DNA of 63,899 nucleotides, filler included, from Bigelowiella natans CCMP2755 (Eukaryota > Protista > Cercozoa), in the NCBI GenBank assembly GCA_000320545.1. It is 9 parts of 9 records of this genome, joined end to end, with 100 filler letters (N's around TTAATTAATTAA, not from the genome) between each part and the next. Parts side by side here need not be neighbours in the genome. Positions count along the whole stretch, not along the records: positions 9,862 to 33,637 come from ADNK01002773.1; positions 33,738 to 44,892 come from ADNK01002086.1; 7 more parts are not named here. One strand, 5' to 3'. Under the pieces are notes generated by a model that was not told the origin of the DNA, made no database searches, and was given only the letters and a program-made list of their open reading frames with translations. Positions 25,409 to 39,257 of the stretch are shown one piece after another. Both the position numbers and the translations under genes were made by a program. Positions within the stretch are counted from its first letter, which is position 1. The number at the start of each line of letters is the position of its first letter.

Positions 25409-26151
25409 TCAATCGACTCTGACGAATCTGAGTGACACAGACCAAGACTCTTCCAATGAATGTACCGAAAGAATGAAACATTTACATCATTTTTGAATAA
25501 AACCAACAAATTTCAATCTTTGTGCAAAACAACAAAAAGTTGGTTTGTTGGTGTTTGCATGTGATTCGGTGATGAGTGTCAGTGGCTTCCCTTGACGAAA
25601 GCCGTGCATGCTGGCTTGTGTGTGCAAGACAATGGAAACATGATGGCATGTAGCCAAGATCCAGCATGCACGTGTGACAAAAAATAAAGGCCATGAAATT
25701 GAAAACGCAAAAATTCACATGTGCCCTATGCACACGTACTGACTGTGCGATGTCGGCTGTCGCACTGACTAGCACATTGCACGGCAATGCACGTAGTGGC
25801 AAGCAAGATCGCAATACTGCAAGCCGCTGTGCTGATGCAACTGAACAACTGTAACCCACGATGCACAATACTAGCACAACAATGGCGACTACTCCTATGC
25901 GTTAAACAAAGGGGTAACTCGTTGCACTGCAAGGAACGCAGCCCTGATCACTGTTCCCCCCTCACACTATGAAAACACACTCCCGCTATTCTCTCCGACT
26001 CAATGACGACATGACTGCATCTCCCAACGCCTAGGTACGATCAATTTCTGCAACTTCAACTATACAACATGTTATAGTCGGGTTGCCACGTCCCTCCTTA
26101 ATGCTGATGATATACATGTAATACAATATGTATACATGTATGATACATATA

Positions 26152-26215
<64 letters not shown>

Positions 26216-27304
26216 GTATCGCTATTAGCAATATGTATTATTACTGTGTCTATTATGCGGCCCCTTAACCCCAACTCGTCGTATCATCCATCAATATATC
26301 TGTGTCGTATTTACTATATCAGCACAATTCTACTCGATTGCGCGCGGAAATAATTATAACTAGATCTTGTCATGATTATGTTGCCTGTCGTAGTTACAAC
26401 AACACATTTACTACAGCATTCGCTAGTTGCTGGCGTCTACTATAGATACAGGATATGTTGTGTATATCATGTATATATAAGTGCTACACAAGGATGACTA
26501 TTGAGCGTATTTTTTGGTCGATTACATCCGTCTTATGTGCGTGTGTCCATGGTGCGATAAGATGTTCGATCACGTGCTAGCACGTAGCAGTCTAACAGCA
26601 GTCTGGGTGCATGGTGCCGCAGCTATGCTAGCGCTGTACTCAATCTACTTAACGTCGCATTTGCAGAAAACAACTCGCTGCTCATAATCATGCACGCCTA
26701 GCTAGCTAGCAGACAGTCATGCCAGATCTATGCAGATCGCCATTCCGTGCGTGCTGGCAATGACACTGCTGATGGATAATGTGTACAACATTGTACATGT
26801 TGTGCATGCAACGGTATATACCGTGCCCGTGGCGTTCCTTATATTTTCTTAGAAGTCATCTCAAACGCGACGAGCCTCACCAACGAACGGTGTGCCGCTT
26901 ACACTACCCCGGCTGTTACTCTGCGCCTCGAGCAAACCTTTGTACGGCATCACCACAGCAGTGTGTATGCACCAATGGTCACTTCGCAATAAGCCAAGCG
27001 ATTGCGCAAAGCAAAGAAAATAGTTGAAATATTGCAGCACATACACCATGCATCATCATGTGCGATTGCACTTCGGCAGCCTGTATCGCTGCATTCATTC
27101 AAACTTGACGCCCCTCCTCCTCCTCCACCATTTCCCCTCTCTCGCAAAGCGTACGTTGACCTGCGTTTTCATTTTCGTTGTTGTTGTCATCGCCATTGAC
27201 AATTGGATCAGGCCCACCAGGAAGCATGCCATAATTGCGGAGGGCAGCTGACAAATCTAAGAATGGCAGTAGTAGTGGAAGTAGTGGAAGTAGTGGAAGT
27301 AGTG

Positions 27305-27342
<38 letters not shown>

Positions 27343-27399
27343 CGTCAGAGGCTTGTTGCTCTTTCATGTGTGTGTGTGTGTGTGATGCCTTCAACTTCC

Positions 27400-27717
27400 G
27401 TTTCCAAAATCTCGCAAAAATTGTTTTGCCTTTTGCGCGTTGTCGTAGCAAGATGGAAACCAATGATTCTCACGAGATTCGGTTATCTTTCCAACATCTA
27501 ACACTTACGCTGTTTGATGTATAGCGGGACGAATGGTACGGGGCTATCATCATCATCATCACCACCACCCACACAAACACTAGTAGTAGTGGCATTGGCA
27601 GTAATAGTAGTAGTGTTAGCTACCAAAGAGAGTCTTGCATATCACTGCAAGAGAGGGAACCTCCGTCGCAATCTAGGATGATGGTGATGATGATGATGAA
27701 TGCAGCTGCAATGTTGC

Positions 27718-27786
<69 letters not shown>

Positions 27787-27871
27787 TGTGTGTATGTGTG
27801 TCTATGCTCATGTGAGTCTATATCTGTATTCTCGAGTTACAAATATTCTGTTCTTCACAAAACACACCATT

Positions 27872-27907
<36 letters not shown>

Positions 27908-28168
27908 TCTCTCACACACACACAGACACGTATGAATATATAAATATATTTATATATATAAATAAATTGATATATCATACATATTCACGCACGCACACAC
28001 ACACACACACACATGTAAATATAAATTATAGATGCACACTTATTGTCACTAAAACACACCTGCCAAGCTACCAACGCGAATATGACCGACTCATAGACGC
28101 CTTGCTTTGCCGCCATTCCTGCCTACACCAACACGACAAACCTCACAATCCATATAATTATTATATAA

Positions 28169-28240
<72 letters not shown>

Positions 28241-28446
28241 AGTAGAATAAGTCTACAAATCAAGGGGCGTGTGTAAGATTCTAGCGGCAGTGCAAAACTG
28301 CATCCTCATTACAGGGAGGCGCAGGGTTCAGGGCCGCAAACACGACATCTTCACCATCACCCCTCTGATGATAACGACGCCGATGTTTTTTTTTAACCCA
28401 AAACACGGCATCTAAGCTTAACGTCGTAGAAGAAACTTGACGTGTT

Positions 28447-28489
<43 letters not shown>

Positions 28490-29131
28490 TTCGAATCCCC
28501 CCCCCCCTCCTCCCCCCTTTTCTCCCTCTCTGTTCGGGCATGTATACATAAAAAGCACAAAAGTATGTGTACTGGAAAACATGCGTAGTACGTGTGCGTG
28601 TTTCCCTTCTTCTATTTATCATTTGCGGCTAGATGCCAAAGGTCGTGGTCATCGTGGTCATAGTAGTAGTAGTAGCAGTAGTAGTAGTAGCAGTGATACT
28701 ACACACCTGAGCCGTGTACAGAACCATCAGCAGAAATACGACGCAAATCTCACTCAGGAGTAAGGTGTGGTATGTGGTCGAGTGCTGCTCCAAGCACCAG
28801 CGCACAAGCTCCAGGCCTACACAAGTCATATAAAGGCAGCATTGCTATGTGTATTATAAGACCTGCTTTGTGTCAATGCCTGCCCGCGCGCGCGCGCGCA
28901 TGTGTGTTGATGCATTCCCATCAACACCGTTAGGTAGAACTTACCGACGAATACGATGGTTATGCTTGATATCGCCCTGAAGGATAGAGTCGTGAGAATA
29001 CACACAAACACACGCACACGCACACGGCTGTATTTTATATGCACTTCCAGCGTGCGAGAGAAAGGGCGGGGGACACGGAGAGGAAAAGAGGCAAATGCAC
29101 ACATTTATACCCCTCCCCACTCTATCTCTTT

Positions 29132-29173
<42 letters not shown>

Positions 29174-29283
29174 ATCCATCATATGATCTTTAAGACAAAT
29201 GTAATAGTCCATTACAGGGCAGTACAGTGGTGTAGTGTGCCTTAATATAGCTCCGATACCACCACCACCATCATCAGCATCAT

Positions 29284-29324
<41 letters not shown>

Positions 29325-29335
29325 CTCATTGTAGT

Positions 29336-29374
<39 letters not shown>

Positions 29375-29810
29375 TATATATATATATATGTATATATATA
29401 TAAATATATTCCCAGATACCACTATTTTCTTATCATTCGAGAATAGCGAGCTTACAGTTGGAACTTCTTGCCGATGACGTGGACATAGCATTCTACCCCT
29501 CCCCCCAAATCGTGTAGGCTGAGCATGGACACTACGGAGGTACACCAGAGAATGAGAAACCTGCGGCGTTATTAGCAAGAAATACAATAATCAACGGGAG
29601 ATAGGGAAGTTTTCTTTGAATGTGAACCATTAGTGCGTGTATTCAGATTGCCCGCGTGTATATATGTGTGCTCTTTCCTCCTTCCCCATGCTCATGATTA
29701 TGCATCTTTCTTCTCTCTAGACGTTGTTGCTTCTTATCACCATCATCATCATCGGCATCATCATCATCACATTCGTCGGCTGCTTATGCATGCACGTATT
29801 ATCTAAAATA

Positions 29811-29885
<75 letters not shown>

Positions 29886-31137
29886 TTACGCGGAGAAGAA
29901 GTTCCACATGAACGACAGCAAGATGGCCAGATTCGTGTCTTCGTAACGTTGAAAAACGGAATATGTGGTGAAACAAGTGTGTGAGTCTAAATAAAACGCA
30001 ATAAACCGCCCACAAACAACCAGCAATCTACCAACAAATTCAGGTTTTTCCACAACGGAAAGAGATGCACATGTATGAAGTGTGTATATATACACACACA
30101 TAGTCGTCAAAAAGTAAAGTGTACTACTTCCAATGTAGTAGACGAGGCCGATTGAAAGACACCAGACTAATATCGATAACCCCAGGAATATCGCTGGGAG
30201 AACGACGTAGTTGTCCTCCTGTGGGACGCGGGGTTTGAGGGGAATACATTTGAATTTATTTTTGTCGCCATCCATCCTTCCAACCACCCCCAGCCCCCCC
30301 CTTCAAATTACACCCATTATGAACATGGAAGTTCAAGGTTGGTGATGATCTCTTGCTGCATCGGCCAGTTTCCCACGCACACATATAATACCAGAGCGAG
30401 CGTGCTATCGTAGTTCCATCCATGAGATTCGCCCTGTGCGTATAGGTGTATGTGTAAGGTGGGGGGGCGGGTATCTTGTATGTGTGCAAACTAAGGACAG
30501 TTTGCTGAATCAATCTTTCTTCTACCTTGTGAATGTTACTCGAGTCAGACGGCATATCGAAGCTCTTCACACATCTGCGCAGGTCATTATCATTACGTTT
30601 CAAACCGAATAGACTTGGCATGTATACAAAAGCTACTATTGGTTTTCTCTCAGCGAAGCAAGAATGCCACTCATTATTTATAAAGTTAGGCGCGGCAGCA
30701 GATCTCGACGATGCAGCATCATTCAACACCTTGAGAACTCAAATTCATAGCCCCCGTTTGCCTTCGCTGCATCATAGCATTTTTGGCAGACTTCCTTGTT
30801 GTTGTAGAAACCATCCACCAAGTTGTACCTCTGAAGATGATGGTTTCGATCGGCATGATGATTGATGGGTGAATGAGCAATGCCGGGAAGATTGCATCAT
30901 ACAAGCGGAAGTATTGCAAACTTAATTATTACGTAAAGAGCGTGATGGCATACCTTCTGGCCTAAATGGATCAACACCGAGAAAACGACAATCTAGAGGA
31001 AAATCGGATTGGTCATTACAAAGATTTCGAAATTCCGCATGATATGTGCGCGCACCGTCTTTGTGGCTGCCCAAAATACATAGGACAAAGACATGAACTT
31101 CTCGGAGTCCGATGACACTCTTTGCATCTTTCCCCAC
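27400..31137 (-). CDS. Hypothetical multi-exon multi-pass membrane protein (boundaries approximate)
   Basis: Series of minus-strand exon-like segments between microsatellite introns: RYNLVDGFYNNKEVCQKCYDAAK, NEWHSCFAERKPIVAFVY, PQEDNYVVLPAIFLGLSILVWCLSIGLVYYI, TNLAILLSFMWNFFS, FRAISSITIVFVGKFYLTVLMG. Confidence 0.45.
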
Positions 31138-32585
31138 CCACTTCGACGCCTTCGTTGGACCGGCCAGAGCTTAGTGAAATGGGGGACAGGAGGAGGGTTG
31201 GAGCGATTGATTGCTGTTCGATCTGTGTTTGATCGTAACCACGCAACAAGTAAATTTAACTGTCAAATGGAGGCTAATTTCAATGCGCGACAAGGATTTT
31301 ATCTACGATTTATTTATTTAAATTTATTGCTTAGATCTATTTGTCGAGATTCAATTCTCAAGCTGGTGCATGTTGGTCATCGCCAGATCCGGCGGGATGA
31401 GCGCGCGATCGGAGTGCGCATCTGCTGATTTCCTGCCAGGGAATTCGCGTCATCTTCACATGCTGCAGACAATTGTCCAGCTTCCACCATGCTGCACAAT
31501 CTAGCAAATGTTGCATGCTGGCATGGCTGGCGGACGAGCGAGGGCAACAAAGCCCGCTAGCCCGTGGCGCTGTCCTCTTTTCAGCCGCTGATGGTCCAGT
31601 TGCACCGTTGGTTGTTCATTGACAATGGACACAGCGTCTGTCACATTGAGAAGGGAAAAATCTGGCAATGAGGCAACCACGGACAATGCGAACAACAAAC
31701 TCGATTCTCTGTTCATCGCCATGCGCTGGTGCGATCTAGCGATGCGAAGAGCTCCAGAGTTCTGGAGTTCATCAACTTGCAACCGATCAAAATTGGAGCG
31801 TTCCGTGCCAGCTGCCTAGCGTGCCAGTGTGCCAGCTTGATGGCCGTTGGTTGGAGCGTTGGAGCTCACGTGTGCACAAGTCAGAGGCGTTTGGGCAATG
31901 CGTGGGTGGAAAATCGCATCGATCGTGTTGCCAGTCGGTCTAGCTAGCTAGCTAGGAACTGCACTAGACACATTCAGTGCGATCTAGCGATGCTAGCTAG
32001 CTAGGATGCGGCTAAACACAGCTACTAGCGCCTGCTAGACAAGTTTGCATTGACTTGTTCTAGCTGTCAATTGGTGGAGACAGTTTGGTCAAACACACGG
32101 TTGTTGAGCAACTTGATTGGTGGCTACATGCTAGCATGGCGTCCTAGCTCAACGTCCTGACGACGCGGTGAGAATGCTCGCATCCTACACTAGCACATGG
32201 TAGCATTCTACGCAGCGCTAGAGCGTCGTCGAATCTAGCGCTACTCAATCCTGTGAATGCTTGCAAGCATTCTCAGTCGTAGGCAGTTCGCCGCTCACGT
32301 TGGCACATCTAGCTCTAGCTAGCAGACTAGCAGACAGTCACAGCTACTGTGCATATCACCTCTCTGTCCGTCAGGCTTGCTAGCTTGTGCATCACGTTGC
32401 TATGGAAGAGGTGTACAACACTAGAACATTGTGCTTGTTGTACGTATAATGCTAGAATTATGTGCACGCACGGCATCTACATTAGTACGCCCTTTCTACT
32501 GTAATTGTCAAAACTGTGCACGCCACGCTGATTAATCTAAACATGTGAGTGTGTAAATGTAGTAGATGCACATATATGTAAATAT

Positions 32586-32616
<31 letters not shown>

Positions 32617-32879
32617 TACAAATATGAACGAACACATTCCATGGTCGGTAAAATGCTTGTCATGTCTTAATATGGGCTGCAAAATATGCATGTGTTTATA
32701 GTCGATTTGAGACGCTTCTGCCTCCGCAGAGGAGCCACTAAGACCCTCCAAAAAAACGATTAACAGCCTTGTTAACATCGTTATTCGACTGCCTCAATAG
32801 CGTTTGCGCTTTGTACTCAGTACATCCTGAGAGCAATAAACAATTTTGAGGGCTGCGAGGTGAAAATAGGTCAGTTGTA

Positions 32880-33538
32880 GCATGGAAATCTTCATCGGGG
32901 CAAAAGGTTTGGCACCAGATATGTTTTCACGATAACCATTCTCACCCTGACCGTCCCCTCTCATTCCATGCAGGTGGGTATGCGTGTTTCAAGGCCGTGA
33001 GTGCGTGCGCGAGAGCAATGTGTGATGCACGCGATCCGTTTGTTGCCCTGGATGGCCCCAACCGCCTCCCCGTTGCGCTCTCGCCCTCTTGATGGTTTTG
33101 TTTGTGTTAGACCTGTGGTGTCCATGATTTGCTTGATCTGCGGGGAACAACAATATACGCATGCGTCAGTAGAGTCAAAGCATTGTCACTCAAACACAAT
33201 CAGCCAATGCGTTAAAACGCAACTACTATACTGACCTTCTCTTGGTGAATGCTCCTAGCCCCCGTCGCTTGGCTGCCGCCCGATGCTGGCCGGGGGGAGA
33301 GGAGGGGAGGGGTGGGGGGGGGAGGGGTGAATGTTGCGTCGCTGGTCATACATGATATATGCATGATTTAAAATTGGGAATCAGAGATTGCATCTTTTTC
33401 GGGACATAAAGGCTCGTCGAGGGACTTCTATAGGCGAAGCGGCGTTCTACCAGGTTTCGGGGTGGAGCAAATCTGGCACGTTGACTTCGTGTTGGGGTTT
33501 TTAAATGTGCACGTCGGGCAGGACCATTCCCTAGGTGT

Positions 33539-33576
<38 letters not shown>

Positions 33577-33601
33577 GTGTTGTGTTGTGTTTGTGTGTGA
33601 G

Positions 33602-33637
<36 letters not shown>

Positions 33638-34360
33638 NNNNNNNNNNNNNNNNNNNNNNNNNNNNNNNNNNNNNNNNNNNNTTAATTAATTAANNNNNNN
33701 NNNNNNNNNNNNNNNNNNNNNNNNNNNNNNNNNNNNNCCCCCCCCCCTCTCCCCAACGCTGCCACTGTTGCTACCGCTGGTGGTGGTGATGATGATACAT
33801 TTTTTACCCAGACCGTAATCCTCACCGAAGACGATTTGCGCTTCATTCGGCGATGCACTCCGATGAGGAGGGTCGAAGTGACGATGAACATGACTGCTGC
33901 TAGTAGGCAGCAGATCTCCCACTCAAACCCCACCGTGTCTCTGGGATGCATGGCACAGCTGCGCGATTACCATGAGAAGCACTGCAGTTTCGAGCCCTCG
34001 ATTGTCTCGCTCATGCTCCAGTACCGTATGTCAGGGGCCGGGTTCTTTGCAGCAATGAGTCCCATCAGATATACGACAAGGTTCAATTTCGCGGATCACG
34101 TGCGATTGAGTGTGAGCTTGGGTGTACTCGGGGAGCCATTGCAGTGGGCCTTCGTTCCATCGGTCCTCGATCCACTGTTGCTACAGCTGCGATGGGATGT
34201 GAGATCAACGCTAGCCTGGGTTGTGGCGATTGGTGCCATGCCAATGTTGTGTCTCGCTGTGCGCGTCTACAACAAAAAGCGATGCGGCGAGAGCTGCAAG
34301 GGCGTGACAACCCGTAGCACCGATATTCACACGAAGGGCGTATCTGCGAAGGAGCTCTGA
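32880..34360 (+). CDS. Hypothetical protein with C-terminal TM helix, weakly glycosyltransferase-like; spans a gap
   Basis: Terminal exon from about 33812 reads TVILTEDDL...NFADHVRLSVSLG...TLAWVVAIGAMPMLCLAVRV. Short upstream + strand exons lie before the gap. The family call rests only on the hydrophobic-strand-EDD motif. Confidence 0.4.
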
Positions 34361-35490
34361 GCGATATCAACACGAGGCCAGGCGGACGGAACCAGTGTGG
34401 GGTGGAACGTGGTTGTAGGCCTTCAAGAAGAGGGGGGTTTTGATGTGGTGAAGTCGAAATGCTTTTTCATGCTAGTCTGGATGAGATGCATGATTGAATT
34501 CCATTACTGTAATGGGGAGAAAAAAACAAACATCTCTCACGACAGCGTCATGCAAATTAATCACTTGTCTGAGCTAGTAAGGCGTCATTGATATGTCACG
34601 TAGACGCACGTCCCAATGATGATGGCATTTGAGATTTGAGAATCACAGCACACTGCGGCAACCTTGTGCTAGAATTAGTGCTGCGATGTGGTGACCTCCA
34701 CAAGCTGTGCCTGCAGCACACGTGGAATTCATATGCATAAGCGCACAGCTAGCGCAATCAAATTTTGTGCGCACTGTCATCGCTAGAGCGCTAGAGCGCT
34801 AGAGCGCCTCACCAACAAACACTAGAACGGCTCGTCTGGTCCCACAGTCGTGCAAAGATATTTTGGCGCTCGGTTTGTTCGTCATCATAGAGACCCAGTG
34901 TCATCTAGCCCAAGAGTTGTCGTTGTGCGTGTCGAAGAAAGCACTGCACTAGCAGTGCGAAAAAACAAGCGCATGTCCGCCCGATCCGCACAACGCACTG
35001 TGCGATTCGATTCGGTCCGCGCCACAGATCTAGAGCCATCCTGCAGACCGAAACGCGCGCTCATCTATCAATCTAGAGTATCGCTGCGCTGATGCGAATG
35101 AAACATTGCTTGCGACCTCGCCTCCAATTGGGGCACTATTTTCCTACATGTCCAGGTGGATTTGCTATATATACACTCTCCAGTGTTCTTAACGCACTCG
35201 TATATCTAAATATTTACATTTGATATATGTGTATTCATGTAAGGATATTCGTCCTAAGCATTACTTAATTTTCTTCATATAATTTCTAGGTTTCTGCAAT
35301 TGCGATGAAGACCACCAACGGGACGGTCAGTCGTGGCTAACGGCACATCAATCTATTATTATTATACAACTTTGATTAGCTTTGCACGTGCGTGCGAACG
35401 AAAAAAGAGTTTGATCCGCTCGTTCCATGCTGGCTGGATTTTCTTATTCTTTTGGACATATGAAATGGCCGCCGTCGTCGCTGTTATCTA

Positions 35491-36575
35491 TCATTGCCAC
35501 GCAGCGTCCAGAAACGATTTTATCCGCTCATAAGTAACGAAGACAATGGCGTTGGAAATGATAGCTCTTGGGGCAGTGACCGTTATGCCGACGTAGAAAC
35601 CGCTAATGCCTCTTTGTGCATATATCTGTCGCGCTGTGCCTAATATGCTTGCTGACGATGACGACGACGATGATGACGATGGCGACGATGAAGAAGACAG
35701 GCCCTTCGTGATGGTGCTGCTCACACCCCTTGATGATGTTGCTAACAGAGACGATGAGGACGATGATGGGGAGGGGGAGGAGGCTGAAGAGGGTGCTGAG
35801 GGGGGGGACGGGAAGGCAGTTTGAGCTGGAGTGATGTCGGTGACAACTGTTTGCATCCTGGACTTGATCACGTCAAACGGCATGACCGCGGCCCAAAACG
35901 AAAATCCTTTGGAAAGGGAGGGAGAGGGGACGGCGGCGGGGGGGAGGGGGGGAGGATTGATGATAAGAAGGAGAGGAAGAGAGGAAGCGAAACAACTGAA
36001 TCGAAGACCAGAACTAGCGACGATTATCGACTCTATGAATAACAGTACTGCTATCACTACTAGTAGTGGTACTACTAATACCTGCTAGTCCCCCACCCGC
36101 TATGACTGTCAGTGTAGAAGCCTGTTCACCCTGAAAGAGGGGTCAGGAAGTAGAAGATGAAGAAAACCCACGCAGGAAAATGTACGCTTGTTGTGAGAAC
36201 AGAAGAAGGTATACCAGGCAACACACACACACTATTGGTAGTTGGTGCTATCTACATTGCTACCTACTGATGCATTTAAACATCGGGGAAAGTATCGATT
36301 CATTTGTCCAAAACCCCTTTTTTTCTAGCCCGCCGCCCAAAAGTGGAGGTATTCTGGGGGTTCTCAGAGGGAATTTTAACCCAAAGAATAAGTTCTTCCC
36401 CCCCCCCCCCCCCACCCCCCTCCCCCCTTAGCTCCCTAGAACCTTGGGGGTGAGAGCACGGGAGATAACCTCGTAGGATGCAAAGTAGACCGCTCCTCCC
36501 GGGACTTCGCGCATCATCGTTGCTGTTGCTCCCTGGTAATTACAAACGGTGGGTGTATTTTAGAATAAATGAAAA

Positions 36576-36607
<32 letters not shown>

Positions 36608-38302
36608 ACACATACACAGAGAGAGAGGGGGGGGGGTGATGGGGGGGGGAGAGAGAACATAAACTATCATCAAACGGCAGAAAGAAACCGTGAATAGCAC
36701 TGCTGGCCCTTGAGACTTGATTGTGTGCTGGAAGCATCCGTAAATGCCGTCATAGAGCTTCGCCGTGTGAGAGGCCTAATTCACATTAAGCAGCAACCGA
36801 TATGAATCGATTTCTTCGGCCGTAACTTTTTATTCAAACTATGGAAAGGAAAAGAAACTCTGCGTTTATCACAATGACAGCACGCATATACTATAACTGG
36901 AGGGGCGATAAGGATTAAGTAACAATTGCAGCCTTGCCCTGAGAACAGCCAGCACCCCCCCCCCCCTCCCCCTCCTACAATACCATCGAATATATGCCGG
37001 TATATACTACCTGAAGCCTACACTTTAAAAACTCGACGGGTGGCAACCATATCGCCCTTGGAATGCCCGAAATAGCACCGCACAGCTTGTGTAGTGAGTT
37101 CTAACGTTTATTTTAGAAATAGACGAAGTCAGGATTTGATGGCAGTGAAAGCAGGTAAAATAATGTCGCATTTGGTCCTACAAGGCACGCCTTATGCGGT
37201 ATAATTCAACGCACCGTTATTCCAGAGAGTGAGAGGTTGTTCTTGCCGCCCAGGAGTCGAGCTGGGTTGTTATCAGAGAGGAGGAGAGTGGTATTCCAAG
37301 GAGGTGTCAAAACGCAACGCACGGCGAGGAGAATCGATAATGCAGGTGTTGAACAGCATGATTACGGCAAGGGAAAAAAGGCAAAGAAATGAATTAAAAT
37401 ATTTGCTCAGGACAAGGGAAGAGGATTAGTAGAAATGCAAGTCTTCAGCAGCAGCATCAGCATCACTCCATTCACACACACATATATCTGATGATCTCCT
37501 CACTGGTGTAACACACCTGCAGCACCATATCCCCAGAACATCAGAGATGACTCAAGCATTGCCCCTTGTAATCATATATGTTATCAAACAAAGAAACACG
37601 CACATACACGCACACACGCAGAGATACAGACAAACCGCAGGGGCATTCTTACACCAGGTGTTGAAATTGAAATTACACGTTGCTTGCTCATCGCAGAGCA
37701 CCCCTCCTTATGCCCATCCCCTCTCGCTCCATCCCTCCCCCTCTGTAACTAACTACTATCACGTTCCCTACAACAACTCTTAATCGCAACGACCAAGAGG
37801 GAAAGAAGCTCTACAAGGGATGAGCTAGACCTACCTGCGACTGGAGCTGCGACTCCCCTGTAGAAGACTCTTGCGCCCTTACGATATGATTCACGTGCAG
37901 AGCAGTAGTACAGAAATTCGTTGGCAACCACTATATAACTATTTTCATGGATGTTTTCCGTTTAAACTGCACACGCTCACAGAGGCAAGTTTTTTTTAAT
38001 GAAGACTGGGATCAATTATGTGTGTGTTGCGAGTTGTTCTTGCTATCGTCACGTACCTCTTTAGATGCCATGTCTCTAGCACACTGTAACACGCCCGTGT
38101 ATTTGTTGTTCGTCTGCATGCGGACCTGAAACAAAATTAGGTTATTACAAGCTACCTTCACCATCTTCTGGGTCGCACTATCGTTGGAATCATCACCATC
38201 TTCATTTTACTCCTGATAACGCTGATTATACCTTAATTGTGTCGAATGGATACTCCACCACCTTGCTGATGAGGCCTGCTGTAGTTCCTATAAGCACATA
38301 TA

Positions 38303-38371
<69 letters not shown>

Positions 38372-38537
38372 GCGTAAGTAAGGTGTGTGTTGTGCTGGAA
38401 TGAGTCCATTTTACATGAATAATTGTAAATGTAAAGAGAGAAGAGCGCGGAAGAACAGTGTCACTGATTGCCGTAATTTTGAAGTTACCGGCGAGCAGGT
38501 CCTTCGCTTGTTCTTTAAATTCGGAGCCTTCCGACAT
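35491..38537 (-). CDS. Mitochondrial carrier (SLC25 family, carnitine/ornithine/basic amino acid carrier-like), about 10 exons
   Basis: Three carrier signatures after splicing: YPFDTIK|VRMQ, PPVEFLKCRLQ and MPFDVIKSRMQ. Also GARVFYRGVAAP, TMMREVPGGAVYFASYE and GISGFYVG..PRAIISNAIVFVTYE. Confidence 0.93.
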
Positions 38538-39257
38538 AGGTGCTGGTTTGGCCTGGTATTAAAGATTAACACACATGACACACATACACATGTGCATATT
38601 TATATTCAATAATTTTATAAATATGCACAGCTCTGATAAAGTCCTCTTAACTCTTCCCCATCAAAGCAGTTAGCTCTGTTCTTATTATTAGATAGGAGGT
38701 GGAAGGGGTACGTCACCCCCACTGATCGGCTAACGTGCTCTTTCACTTCTCCAGTGGTAGTCACCTTTCTCAGACGACATGGTTTTATCATTGTCGCAGG
38801 TTACAATTCGATTCCAATTTATACTAAATATGAGCTTGAATTTCTTCCAAAAATGTTTTTCCTGGGTTCCAGCCTATTCTCCGCAGACCCAACTGCCGGC
38901 CCGCAAGTCCTTTGTGTACAATATTGTGCTGGATTAGCGTCAGATTTAGGTCGAAAATCTCTGACGCAGATGCGAATTCCGGTCTTATTTTCGTCTTGCA
39001 GTGCATTAAAAATATTTCGTGGCCTTTGGAAAAACGATTCCGTGCTTTTCTGGAACTTCGCAGCATCCTCTCCGCCTTCCGAGTCGCTTCTCTGTTTCCA
39101 AGTCGATCGGGAAAATCACATGCGATTCTAACCCGTAATAATATATATTGTTGTCGTAGAAGGAAAACCGCAGTCGTTTCATCTTAGAATCCTTTGAACG
39201 AACGCAGCAAGGTGCTTACATTTTCTTCCATAGCCTCCGAGCCTTGCTCGAGCAGGT

